A stretch of 64,000 nt of DNA from a virus (Duplodnaviria > Caudoviricetes). A model generated the notes under the pieces. That model worked only from the letters and a program-made list of their open reading frames with translations, did no database searches and was not told the origin of the DNA. Position numbers and translations under genes: made by a program. The stretch spans positions 7,749 to 71,748 of IMG/VR virus record IMGVR_UViG_3300032007_000074. One strand, given 5' to 3'. Below, one piece after another: positions 9,742 to 19,200 of the stretch (positions are counted from its first letter, which is position 1; each line of letters opens with the position of its first letter).

Positions 9742-10847
9742 AGTATCCTCACGTTAATCGTTGAATTTGAAGAATTGCAATTATAGTATGCGAAAGTGCC
9801 ATGCGCGGCGCTTTCGGTAGTCGGAGTGATGACCGTGCCATCTGCGTTTGTCACCTCGATGTCGTTTGCTATCCCGTCGAAGAAACGGAGGTTCCTTCCG
9901 GAGAAGGTATAGGTAGTTCCGCTTGCCGAAAGGTCTATCGCACGAAGATACGAGTAGTCCCACATCCTTGAGTCGGAAAGGGCCGTCCCCTCGACAAGCT
10001 GTCCATTGATTCGGCAGAAACGGATATCCTCGCCCTCTTGCAGGATGACATGGCGGGTGAGGAGGTTACCGCTCGAGGTGAGTTTGACATCGCCGAGCCT
10101 GGCCGACGCTCCGGAATTTGCCGCGACGGTGATGGCCAGGACGGAGAGCTTCCTCTGGACGGAGATCGAGGCGGATAGCATTGTCCCGGACGCTTCGGAC
10201 GCCGCGTCGGTGGTGCAAACAGTGTCAAGGATGCGAGCGACCACCTCATTCCACTGCTCATCGTATCTGTATGTTGTATTGCCGCTGATGCGAACCACAT
10301 CATAGGCAAGACCATAGACTTTCTTGTTGACGGTTTTCCCGGACCGGGGAACAACATCAAAAGTGGTGAACCCGGCCTTTGATGCTGCAGTCCTCACACG
10401 CGGCACACCATAGTGGTCGTACTGGCCATTAACAGTGGTGGTAGCGGTATGGAAACTTCCAAGGCTTGGAGACGAGAACGACATCGTCATCACATACACT
10501 CCCGTGGAACCGCTTCCACCATATCCCCTCTGCTTCCCAAATACCGCCACGTAATTCCCGCGCCCCATGTAAAGGGGTTGGGATTTCCAGAACGCACGGT
10601 TAGAGTCCGTATAAGTGCCAGTGATGTCTCCTATGTTCCTTCCGGCCTGCAGGAGCACGACGAGGGTGCTTGTCTCATTCGTCGTTTCGTAGTCACCGGC
10701 GGATGAGGCGTATTTGAAACCGATAGGAACGACCGTCATCTCCGATTGCTTCTGGTATTTCAGAACGGAGCCGACATACTTTCTGATTACCTCGGTATTC
10801 CCAAGATAAACGCCCACTATTCCTGTATTCCCTACTTTTATCGGCAT
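9738..10847 (-). CDS. Tail-fibre/receptor-binding-like protein
   Basis: 369 aa; N-terminal motif IKVGNTGIVGVYLGNTEVIRKYVGSVLKY, remainder S/T/G-rich. Confidence 0.6.
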   Translation of the reverse strand: MPIKVGNTGIVGVYLGNTEVIRKYVGSVLKYQKQSEMTVVPIGFKYASSAGDYETTNETSTLVVLLQAGRNIGDITGTYTDSNRAFWKSQPLYMGRGNYVAVFGKQRGYGGSGSTGVYVMTMSFSSPSLGSFHTATTTVNGQYDHYGVPRVRTAASKAGFTTFDVVPRSGKTVNKKVYGLAYDVVRISGNTTYRYDEQWNEVVARILDTVCTTDAASEASGTMLSASISVQRKLSVLAITVAANSGASARLGDVKLTSSGNLLTRHVILQEGEDIRFCRINGQLVEGTALSDSRMWDYSYLRAIDLSASGTTYTFSGRNLRFFDGIANDIEVTNADGTVITPTTESAAHGTFAYYNCNSSNSTINVRIL

Positions 10848-10848
10848 C

Positions 10849-12687
10849 TTAGCTTTCGGTTATCAAGTATTCCACATTACTGTCGTATGTCCCAAGGGCA
10901 TCGTACTGCGCCTGCGTCCCGACCCATCTGCGGGCTGTAACGAAGGAATAGATGCCACTTGATTTAACAGGGTATGACGAGTTTTGTGTGACCGTGTCAT
11001 CAAGGCCGCTGCTGCCGGAGCCAGTCCCGCCGGCGGCCACGAACCCGTCCGCATAGAGTCCGACAGGACTAACCGTCCCGCCGGTCCGTTTCGTAACATG
11101 AAGTGCATTGGCAACACTGTCGTACACGAGCCGCGCCTCCCCAATGTCAATGTAGGATGATGCATTGACGGAGATACCGCTACTTGAGGCGATGGTGAGC
11201 GGGTTCGTAGAGAAGGTCTTTGCGCCCGTGATAGTCTGGGCGGTATCAAGGGTCACGAAGTTGCCCAGCTCCGCAGTAGTCGGTATCTTGTACCCGTTCG
11301 CAAGGGAAATACGGAGCGTCCCGGAAGTGGTTATCGGTGAGCCTGACACAGATAGTCCTGTCGGAACAGAGAGCCCGACAGATGTCACAGTGCCGATGCC
11401 ACCGCTTCCGCCACCGGACGGAGCAAGGATGTCGTAGTCCGTCCCGTCAATCTTGATGGTCGCAACGCGAGTGCCGGAAGATAGAAGGTTGGAGATGGAC
11501 ACATTCGAGCCGCCGGACGAGCCGCTACCGATACCGCCAGCAGCCATCCATCCGTCGGCATAGACATTCCCGTGGAAGTGCCACGCATTGTTGTCGGAGT
11601 CCCATTCAAACTTGGATGATGCCCCGCTCGCGGAGAGAGAAATGCCGTTCTTCGCGTATATGGAAAGCACATCATCGTCCGCTTCCTTGAGGTACACGTA
11701 ATTACCGTCTCCGAAGTTGATGGCGAGCCCGTAGTTCCCGGTGTTCTTGAGCCGGAGGTCGCCAGTCAATGTACCGCCCGTCAAGGGAAGATAGCCGTCC
11801 AAAGCGCCGGAGAGAAGGAGCGTCTTGGTCGTTCCGTCAACCGTGAGCGGGATTGTTCCGCCGGACTCCGTTCCCCATGAAACCGTAGAGCCACCTCCAC
11901 CGCTTTGAGCTGCTGCGCTCCACATCGCGTTGGTGGAGTCATAGACAAGGACATCGCCGTTTTGTACGGCGGACCCGTCCGAGCGGAGGATGCCGTTCTC
12001 GTTGTGGTAAATGTCCGTGAGTTCCTTGAGGAAGGACACGCCGCCCGAACTCTCTGTGCCCACGCCGCCTGCAGCAATCCATCCGGGTATCCATAGGTTG
12101 GAGTATTTCGTCGTATCCAGGGTAAGGTTTCCCTGCCCGTCGTCTATCCAGATGCGGAGGGAGGCGATGGCGCTTTCGAGATCCAGGTGCCGGTGTGTGA
12201 GGTCGACTTTCGTGACATCCCCGTTGTTCCAGGTGAAATCCAGCGTCCCATCCTCCTGGGTTGTAATCGATGTAAGCAATCCATCCAGGTCGATGTTGGA
12301 AAGGAGGGTATCAACCTGTGACTTCGTGTAGTAGTCGGAGAGCAAGGAAGACCGCTCCATGTTCACCCAATGGCTTCCATTGTAGGTCAGTAGGTCGCCT
12401 TGTTTCCTCCCATCCACGGAGACGTCCACCAGGTCATAGAGCGCACTCGCCCCGCCACCCCCTCCGGAACCGGTCCCCACACCGCCTGCGGCAATCCAAC
12501 CTTCAGCCCAAAGTCCAGTGTACTCCGACTTTAACTTAATAGAGAATTTCGTTGGGTCATCGGCATCCTGTACTTTTTCAAAATAAGAAGAGTCCTCCAG
12601 TCCGATCACGGCATCGACATGAGTTCTCGGGAAAATTGTTTTCCCGGTCTCATTGTCAAGGACATCTCTTATTTCTATAATTGCCAT
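10849..12687 (-). CDS. Tail fibre protein with four internal repeats
   Basis: 612 aa, Gly-rich. Repeats are LWAEGWIAAGG, LWIPGWIAAGG, VYADGWMAAGG and LYADGFVAAGG; C-terminus TQAQYDALGTYDSNVEYLI. Confidence 0.75.
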   Translation of the reverse strand: MAIIEIRDVLDNETGKTIFPRTHVDAVIGLEDSSYFEKVQDADDPTKFSIKLKSEYTGLWAEGWIAAGGVGTGSGGGGGASALYDLVDVSVDGRKQGDLLTYNGSHWVNMERSSLLSDYYTKSQVDTLLSNIDLDGLLTSITTQEDGTLDFTWNNGDVTKVDLTHRHLDLESAIASLRIWIDDGQGNLTLDTTKYSNLWIPGWIAAGGVGTESSGGVSFLKELTDIYHNENGILRSDGSAVQNGDVLVYDSTNAMWSAAAQSGGGGSTVSWGTESGGTIPLTVDGTTKTLLLSGALDGYLPLTGGTLTGDLRLKNTGNYGLAINFGDGNYVYLKEADDDVLSIYAKNGISLSASGASSKFEWDSDNNAWHFHGNVYADGWMAAGGIGSGSSGGSNVSISNLLSSGTRVATIKIDGTDYDILAPSGGGSGGIGTVTSVGLSVPTGLSVSGSPITTSGTLRISLANGYKIPTTAELGNFVTLDTAQTITGAKTFSTNPLTIASSSGISVNASSYIDIGEARLVYDSVANALHVTKRTGGTVSPVGLYADGFVAAGGTGSGSSGLDDTVTQNSSYPVKSSGIYSFVTARRWVGTQAQYDALGTYDSNVEYLITES

Positions 12688-15062
12688 TATATTTCGACCG
12701 TTCCGATTACTGGCCCAAGATATGAAATATTTGTGCCAATTCCAAATTTGGTTTTCTTAACTATGTTCTTTACCTCGCCGGTTGTGGTGTAGTTGTTGGT
12801 GATATAATTGACATCACCCTTCACACTCTCGTAAGTTTTCTCGCTGACGATTTTGTCAGACAGGACAATTTCTATGTCAGGAACCAATCCAGGGCTATCG
12901 CTTGACGGTTCGCTCCAGGTGAATGTAACGGACCGAATCCCAAGCTGCAGTACGGTCTGTTCGTTCTGTGCGTTCCTTGTAAATCGCGGATCGGAAATAG
13001 AAACCTGCACGCCAGCGTCAAGCCGGTCTGCCAAGAGTGTACCATAATCGTCCTCCTGCAGCGAATGTACGCGAACCTTGTCCATTCCGATTATCCAAGT
13101 CGGATTGGTCTGCGAGTTCTCCGGAAGCTTCTTTTCCTTTTCCTCGGTGAGCCTTTCCTCAGCCCATTTGACATACTGGAACGGGATGTCGATCCCAGTG
13201 AAGAAAAAGTGGTCGCCGGCAGCAGGAAGCCCTCCAGTTTCAGTGTTCGGTATGTAAAGTCCGGTTGCCTCCAGCTCAGCATCGGAACGTACAAGAGTGA
13301 TTTTCCACTCGGACTGAACAGTAATTGTATTCCCGTTTTTGTCCTTTGTCGTGATTGTCTTTGATCGGTCAACCTCGGGAATCCTTTGGATAAGGAACTC
13401 GTAATCGCTCGAAAGCGACATGAACCCATCGGAGAAGTGAACTGCAGCAGAATTTCCGATGCGGTCGCCCAAAATCGGATCCCAGACCCGGTGAGCATAA
13501 GCGATGTCGTTTTCACCGGAGCCTGGTGTGGACTCCCAAATGTTCTTGACCCAGATGGTGAAGACTTCGCGATAAGAAATATTGTCGGCAGGAGTACAGT
13601 GAAGGGAGACATCTTTAATTCCGAATCGGCCTGCGATATGCTCGTACCCATCCATCCTCCTTACCCTCAAAAAGACTTTTACATTATATGGTCCTCCGGC
13701 TGGGATACGAGAAATTCCGTACTCTTTATTGTTTTGATCGACTGTGGTGATTATGGTGTTTGTGGTATCAATAATACCGGTTGGTCCAACCCCGCGAGGA
13801 GTAGCTCTTTCAGACCAGGCATATTCGATGCGTCCGACACGACCTTCTGGAACATTAAATGTGTATTCTGAGACAACGATGTCCCGAAAAACATCCGGAT
13901 CTCCATGAGATTCCACATCTAGAAATCCCTCGAACTGCGTCGCTATATCCCACTGCGACTGCGGACTGTCCTCTGCGGTAACTTCGACGGCCACAACTTC
14001 GTCAGCCCGGCCTTGCCCGTCAAGGAACACACCCTGGATTGTAGGGAAGATATCATCGTTATCATCGAGCTTGCCTTGACGGACACCGTAAAGCGCGATG
14101 GATTCATCGTCTTTTACATATTCGACCGGCTCGAATTTCTCGTCCGTATATCCTTTTTGGTATGCCCAGTCCGTGGCTGCTCGGGCGGCATCGTATGTGT
14201 CTCCATAATGCTTCGCTTTCCAACCCTGGACATACTTTCGGAAGTTGCTATCAAGGAGCCTGGAAAAAAAGACACTCTTCAGTTCAGGAATAGCGTCCGG
14301 GTCTGCAGACCAAATGGGGTTGAACTGGTCCGTGTCCTTGAAATATCGGTACGGAAGGTTCTTCTCCCCTCCTCGACCAAGAAGGACATTGTAAATGTCA
14401 GTGTCCTCTACATGGCGCTCGAATCGAAGAAGGCCACCGTTGAATCCATACTCAAAGACATGATCATCAATAACGCCGGCATCATATCCGACACGGATAA
14501 CAGTCACGCCTTGTTCGTTTGTCACGGCCTTCCAGGTTACACCATAAACCTCGTTAATCTTCAAGAGGACATCCCAGATGTATAGGTAATCAATCTCAAA
14601 GTCCTTCACCTCTCCAGTGTCTACATACGACGGATTCAAATTCATTACGAAAGAACCGTCAGGGAAGTAATACTGAAGGACCTTGTTGAATGCAGCGACA
14701 AAGTTTGTCAGAGACAAGCGAAGAGACGCTACATATTTGTCAATGATGATTGTCCCCTGCTCGATCTCCGTCATCTCGGCGAAGAAGTAGCGCTTCAGCT
14801 CATGGATTGGAGCCGAAGTAAATACAAGGTCGATAAGTGCATTCTTTGTGGAATTGTCCTTTGACGCCTGCGGCTTCAGCGTGGGAAGAACAAAAAGTTC
14901 ATTACGAAATTTAAGGGCCCATCCATCAAAGGCAGGGATGATGGATCCGTCAATCCGAACCTGGGTGGAAATGGTTCTCTCTCCCATCTCTTCAAACTGG
15001 ACGGTTGCCTGGTGGAGCGTCGCATAGGACGGGAAATTTATTTCTTCAATTCCCGGAATCAT
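12687..15062 (-). CDS. Tail tip/baseplate hub (Tal-like) protein
   Basis: 791 aa, two genes after the tape measure; NVLLGRGGEKNLPYRY and YGVRQGKL motifs typical of phage tail hub proteins. Confidence 0.7.
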   Translation of the reverse strand: MIPGIEEINFPSYATLHQATVQFEEMGERTISTQVRIDGSIIPAFDGWALKFRNELFVLPTLKPQASKDNSTKNALIDLVFTSAPIHELKRYFFAEMTEIEQGTIIIDKYVASLRLSLTNFVAAFNKVLQYYFPDGSFVMNLNPSYVDTGEVKDFEIDYLYIWDVLLKINEVYGVTWKAVTNEQGVTVIRVGYDAGVIDDHVFEYGFNGGLLRFERHVEDTDIYNVLLGRGGEKNLPYRYFKDTDQFNPIWSADPDAIPELKSVFFSRLLDSNFRKYVQGWKAKHYGDTYDAARAATDWAYQKGYTDEKFEPVEYVKDDESIALYGVRQGKLDDNDDIFPTIQGVFLDGQGRADEVVAVEVTAEDSPQSQWDIATQFEGFLDVESHGDPDVFRDIVVSEYTFNVPEGRVGRIEYAWSERATPRGVGPTGIIDTTNTIITTVDQNNKEYGISRIPAGGPYNVKVFLRVRRMDGYEHIAGRFGIKDVSLHCTPADNISYREVFTIWVKNIWESTPGSGENDIAYAHRVWDPILGDRIGNSAAVHFSDGFMSLSSDYEFLIQRIPEVDRSKTITTKDKNGNTITVQSEWKITLVRSDAELEATGLYIPNTETGGLPAAGDHFFFTGIDIPFQYVKWAEERLTEEKEKKLPENSQTNPTWIIGMDKVRVHSLQEDDYGTLLADRLDAGVQVSISDPRFTRNAQNEQTVLQLGIRSVTFTWSEPSSDSPGLVPDIEIVLSDKIVSEKTYESVKGDVNYITNNYTTTGEVKNIVKKTKFGIGTNISYLGPVIGTVEI

Positions 15063-15529
15063 AAGCTAAAGTCACAAAGGCTAGGTTTGGTCACTCGGAT
15101 GTTCCACTCTACGACAACAATATCGTTGACGACATTGTCACGGTCACGCCAGAAGTCGGTCGCCTCTGCAATCTCACTCGGATACCCAACGATTTTGTGG
15201 CGCTTATAGTCGTTGTAGAATGTTACCTGGTAGTATTCCTTCAGTCCATTCGTGTCAGGCTCACCGTGAAGGGCTGCGTTAAATGCGACGATCTTTGCGT
15301 TTGCGTCAGCGAGAGTGTCCCCCTGGATGAAGAACTTCACCTTGTAGTCGAAAGCGTCATCGACGGTCTTCGGAAGAATGTGCTCTCCTTCCTCTTCCGG
15401 GTACGATGTCTTCTCGAATCCCTTGGATGGAGCGCCAACCCTTTTATCTGAGTCCAGGTAAATGAATCCGAAAGCGTCCTCGGTATCGACGATATTCCCG
15501 TCGCCAATCTGCAATCTGACCTTGATCAT
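15059..15529 (-). CDS. Distal tail (Dit-like) protein
   Basis: 156 aa located between the tape measure and the hub protein. Confidence 0.55.
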   Translation of the reverse strand: MIKVRLQIGDGNIVDTEDAFGFIYLDSDKRVGAPSKGFEKTSYPEEEGEHILPKTVDDAFDYKVKFFIQGDTLADANAKIVAFNAALHGEPDTNGLKEYYQVTFYNDYKRHKIVGYPSEIAEATDFWRDRDNVVNDIVVVEWNIRVTKPSLCDFSL

Positions 15530-16005
15530 TTCACATCGAACTTGTAGGTTTTACACAAAAGGTCATCGGACTGTTCAGCGCCGATCCGGTTCTCACCAAA
15601 GACGTAGAGCGGGACCCTAACCTGCATCGCAGAGCCGACTATGCCTCTGACATCCATATCGCATCCGTTTGCGAAATACAGCATAGGAATCGTCCTCTTT
15701 CCCAGGTTAATTCCTGTTCGGATTGTTCCGGTACAGTGATGGAACACATAGACCTGTTCTGAGTTGAGAACCTCATTCCGAAAATGCCTGTCGACAAAGA
15801 TACCAACATTCTCGCAATCCGAGAAATGCTTTCTGATTGTTTCTAGGTCCGGGTATCCTTCCTCAAGGGCCCAGTCAATCGTCTTCTTATAAAGGGCGAC
15901 GGCATCTCCTTTTGTTTCGACGCCAGCAAGGTCGTGGCGATTCTCCTCACACATATGATGCGCGGAGGCTTCCTTTCGCAATTGTTTTTTCCACAGGGTA
16001 TCCAT
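15526..16005 (-). CDS. Conserved phage hypothetical protein (first gene of tail-tip operon)
   Basis: Probable start MDTLWKK at 16005, directly after a TATCTTTG promoter. The upstream extension in the ORF track is AT-rich non-coding-like sequence. Confidence 0.65.
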   Translation of the reverse strand: MDTLWKKQLRKEASAHHMCEENRHDLAGVETKGDAVALYKKTIDWALEEGYPDLETIRKHFSDCENVGIFVDRHFRNEVLNSEQVYVFHHCTGTIRTGINLGKRTIPMLYFANGCDMDVRGIVGSAMQVRVPLYVFGENRIGAEQSDDLLCKTYKFDVK

Positions 16006-16012
16006 AACACCG

Positions 16013-16020
16013 CAAAGATA
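16013..16020 (-). promoter_or_regulatory. Bacteroidota sigma70 -7 element TATCTTTG
   Basis: Exact TAnnTTTG match 7 nt upstream of the ATG at 16005. Confidence 0.6.
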
Positions 16021-16135
16021 AAAAAAATAGATGTATGTAACAATATGAAAAATAAAAACGCACCACGGATTTCGCAACCAGCGGTGCGCTAGACAACAAC
16101 TGTATTTAACCATTAATCCAGGAGACAAGATAAGA

Positions 16136-16167
16136 AATCCTTGCGACTTTCACAAGCGGCAAGGATT
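16136..16167 (-). terminator. Hairpin/terminator after the tape measure gene
   Basis: AATCCTTGC/GCAAGGATT 9-bp stem with T-rich flanks. Confidence 0.5.
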
Positions 16168-16244
16168 AAAAAGATAAATTGTGAGATTATAAAATAGGTG
16201 AATAGGTATTGTTGAGCTTCTATTCTTTCAAAATATGTGCCACA

Positions 16245-19200
16245 CTACTTGATCGCGACATAATTTGTGTTCGTCGTTCCGTTTTTCGTGGTTATTACGC
16301 TTCTGACCAGGCGCAACACCTCTGCAAGGTTCGCGTCCATGTTCGGCAGGTGATCGTACACCATTCTCTGAACAGACGGCAGGACCTCGCCGGTCTCGGT
16401 TGTCTCGACAGGAGCCGTCGGACTAACGCCGCCGGTCATCGCCGCCAGAATCTGCGACACATTCTCGCTGATTGTCGGAACATACGAGATGTAGAAGTTC
16501 TGCGTATTAATCGCTGCAGCAAGTCCAAGAATAGACTCCTCCGACGCTCCGGCAATATCCTTGCTTATACCGTGGAATCCTGCAGTCGATGCGCGGACAT
16601 CCAGGCCAGCAGAAGCAAGGCTTGTCATCAAGTTCGTCATAGCGTCGTTGATCAGCGGAATCCGCTCCTGGGCCAGGGCGGCGATGGCTGCTATCTCATC
16701 GGTCGCTAGAAGTCCATCCTGTGACATTGTGTCAATCTGGTCGAAGATCTGCTGAAGCATCTCCTGCATAATCTTCGCGGCCAGAGAGCGAGTAATCATG
16801 TTCTGGATCATGTCGTTGAACTTCTCGCTCATCGCATCCGTCGTGGAACCAAACTCCTTGTATGCCTCGATCCAGGAATTCGCAAAGTCCTCGGCAGCGC
16901 TGGTAAGGTCCGTCCCTGCGAAGAACTCAGAAAGCTGGGTGCGCATGTCGGCAATCTGGTCCTCGATGTTCCTTGCCTGCTTCTCGTAGTCTTTAGCGAC
17001 ATCCTCATCCGCAGACTTGCCCTTCCCCCTCTCTAGCTCAGCCTGCTTCCTATAAGCGTCGGCCTGGGCCTGTAGGTTTTCTAGCTGCTTTTGATAATTG
17101 TAGATATATTCAGAGCCAAATGATTTTTGTATAACTTTATCAAGTCTTTCGTAAGAATACTGTAGGTCGTCAAGTAGCTTTTCTTGCTCCTCGATGTCTT
17201 CGTTTATTCTTTTGACTTTATCTTCCTGGATGTTATTAAAAATAGATATCCAAGAACTAACAGCGTCAGCTGTGGCGCCTATAACATCTCCAGACTTTAG
17301 CTTTTCCCAGCCGGAATATGTGTACTTATCAAAATCGGATACATATTTGAACCATTCTCCAACCTTATTATCTTCCGAACGCATCCGATTTAGCTCATCA
17401 ATCATTTGCTGAATACTCGTGATTGTCGAGTGAACCGCCTGGAAAATAGCATCGACAATAGCGAGTGCACCAGCGCCCTTTGACGCAATTGCGGACATGC
17501 CTTTCCCCATATTTCCTAATGCCTGTCCAGCCGCCTTCAGTCCACCAGTGTTAGAAAAAGCGTTAAGCAAATCCCCGTAGCTTTTTGCATTCTTTACACC
17601 GTCCCCTCCAAACCTTTTGAGCATGCGAGAAACATAAGATTGCTCGGCTTGGTCCAACTCTTTTCCAGACTGCATCTTTGCCGCAAGAACTGTGATGTTA
17701 TCCGCATATTCACGAAGTTTCTCGTTCGCGGCATCAAATCCGCCGGAAAGATAAGACCCTAACAATGTGGTGTTCTCACTCAGTTTCTTGAACTGCTCAT
17801 CGACCGCTCGGAGGTTTCTTCTAAGTTGGTCGGCAGATATCGCGCCATCATTAAAAGCCTTCAAGTAAGCATCTCGAAGTTTTCCTCTTACTTCAGCCGC
17901 TTGCTCTGCGGTCATTACATTGATTTCGGAAAAGAACTTTATGTAATCTTCTCCAGCCTTAAACTCGTCCAGGTCTCTTTGTCCCTCAAGGGCTCGGATG
18001 ATCTCGTCGGCTCGTTCTTGCAACGCTTTTCTCTCTTCTGGAGTAAGCTCTGTGTTTTCAAGGCTTAATTTAAGCGCGTCTTTTACTTTATTGATTTCGT
18101 TTTCCGCCTTTGCTCGAATCGTCGCAACCTTTTGCGCAGTGTCTCCATACTTTGAAATCAGCGACGCGAAATTTTTAAGAAGATCCGCGTCATACTTTTG
18201 CGAATTCTCATACGCCTGTCTCACGACTTTTTCGACCTCTTCCGGAAGACCGTCTATAGCGAGAATCTTCTTAAAGTCCATGTCGGAAAAAGCCTTTGCG
18301 ATGTCGTCGGTGACAGTGAAACTCTTATCTACTTTGAGGGACTCTAAAGCGCCATTCAGCTGCTGTTGCATCCTGTCCTTAAACTCGTCTCCGATGCCGC
18401 CATATACAGATACGCTCATAGAAGCGGCAAGTTGCTCGTCGCCAGTAAGTCCAAGAATATCCTGGTAGAAGTTCCTGGCCGTCTCGCTACGCTTAATTTC
18501 GTCAGACAACTTCTTAAGAGCGTCCTCGATAGACTTCTTCATTTGAGAGGTATCAAAGTCGGTCTTTGCGTCCCAAAGCGACTGCAGTAACTTTTGAAGA
18601 TCCTGGACATCCTTGCTGCGCCGACTCGTATCGATGCCGAGAAGGGCCGTAACCGATGTTCCACGAACACCCTTGGACTTAAGACGGGAAGATACCGTGG
18701 CAATCATATCTTCGTACCACTTCGATAGGTCGGTTGCGGCTCTTCTTTGCTCGTCAGCAGACATTCCAAGCGACATTCCGCGTCCAAGCATAATTCCACT
18801 TTCTTTTTCCAGGGCCCCGGCTCTGGCCATGTACTTACTTAAATCATCATACCCCTTCTTGAAGTCCTGCATGAACTTAATTCGCTCCTGCATACGAGTC
18901 ACGAATGGATCAGTCTGACGAGAACCGCCGCCGGAAGACTTTTTAAAGATAAAACCAAAGAATTCTCTAGCCCTCTCTATGGCGTCGAACATGGCTTGTG
19001 CATCCTCGACTTCAGTAAGGAGTTTAGCCTTAATTAGCGGCTCCGTCGCATTTTCGTAAGCCTCCTTTAATCCTTCAAGAGATGTTTTTGAATCAGTCCA
19101 GAGTTTCTTTAGTTTTTTATAGTAGTCGTAAACCGATTCAAGGTCGTCAATCTCTTGTGGCGTAAATAGCGGAATACTCCCAAGGCTTGTCTTATAAGTA

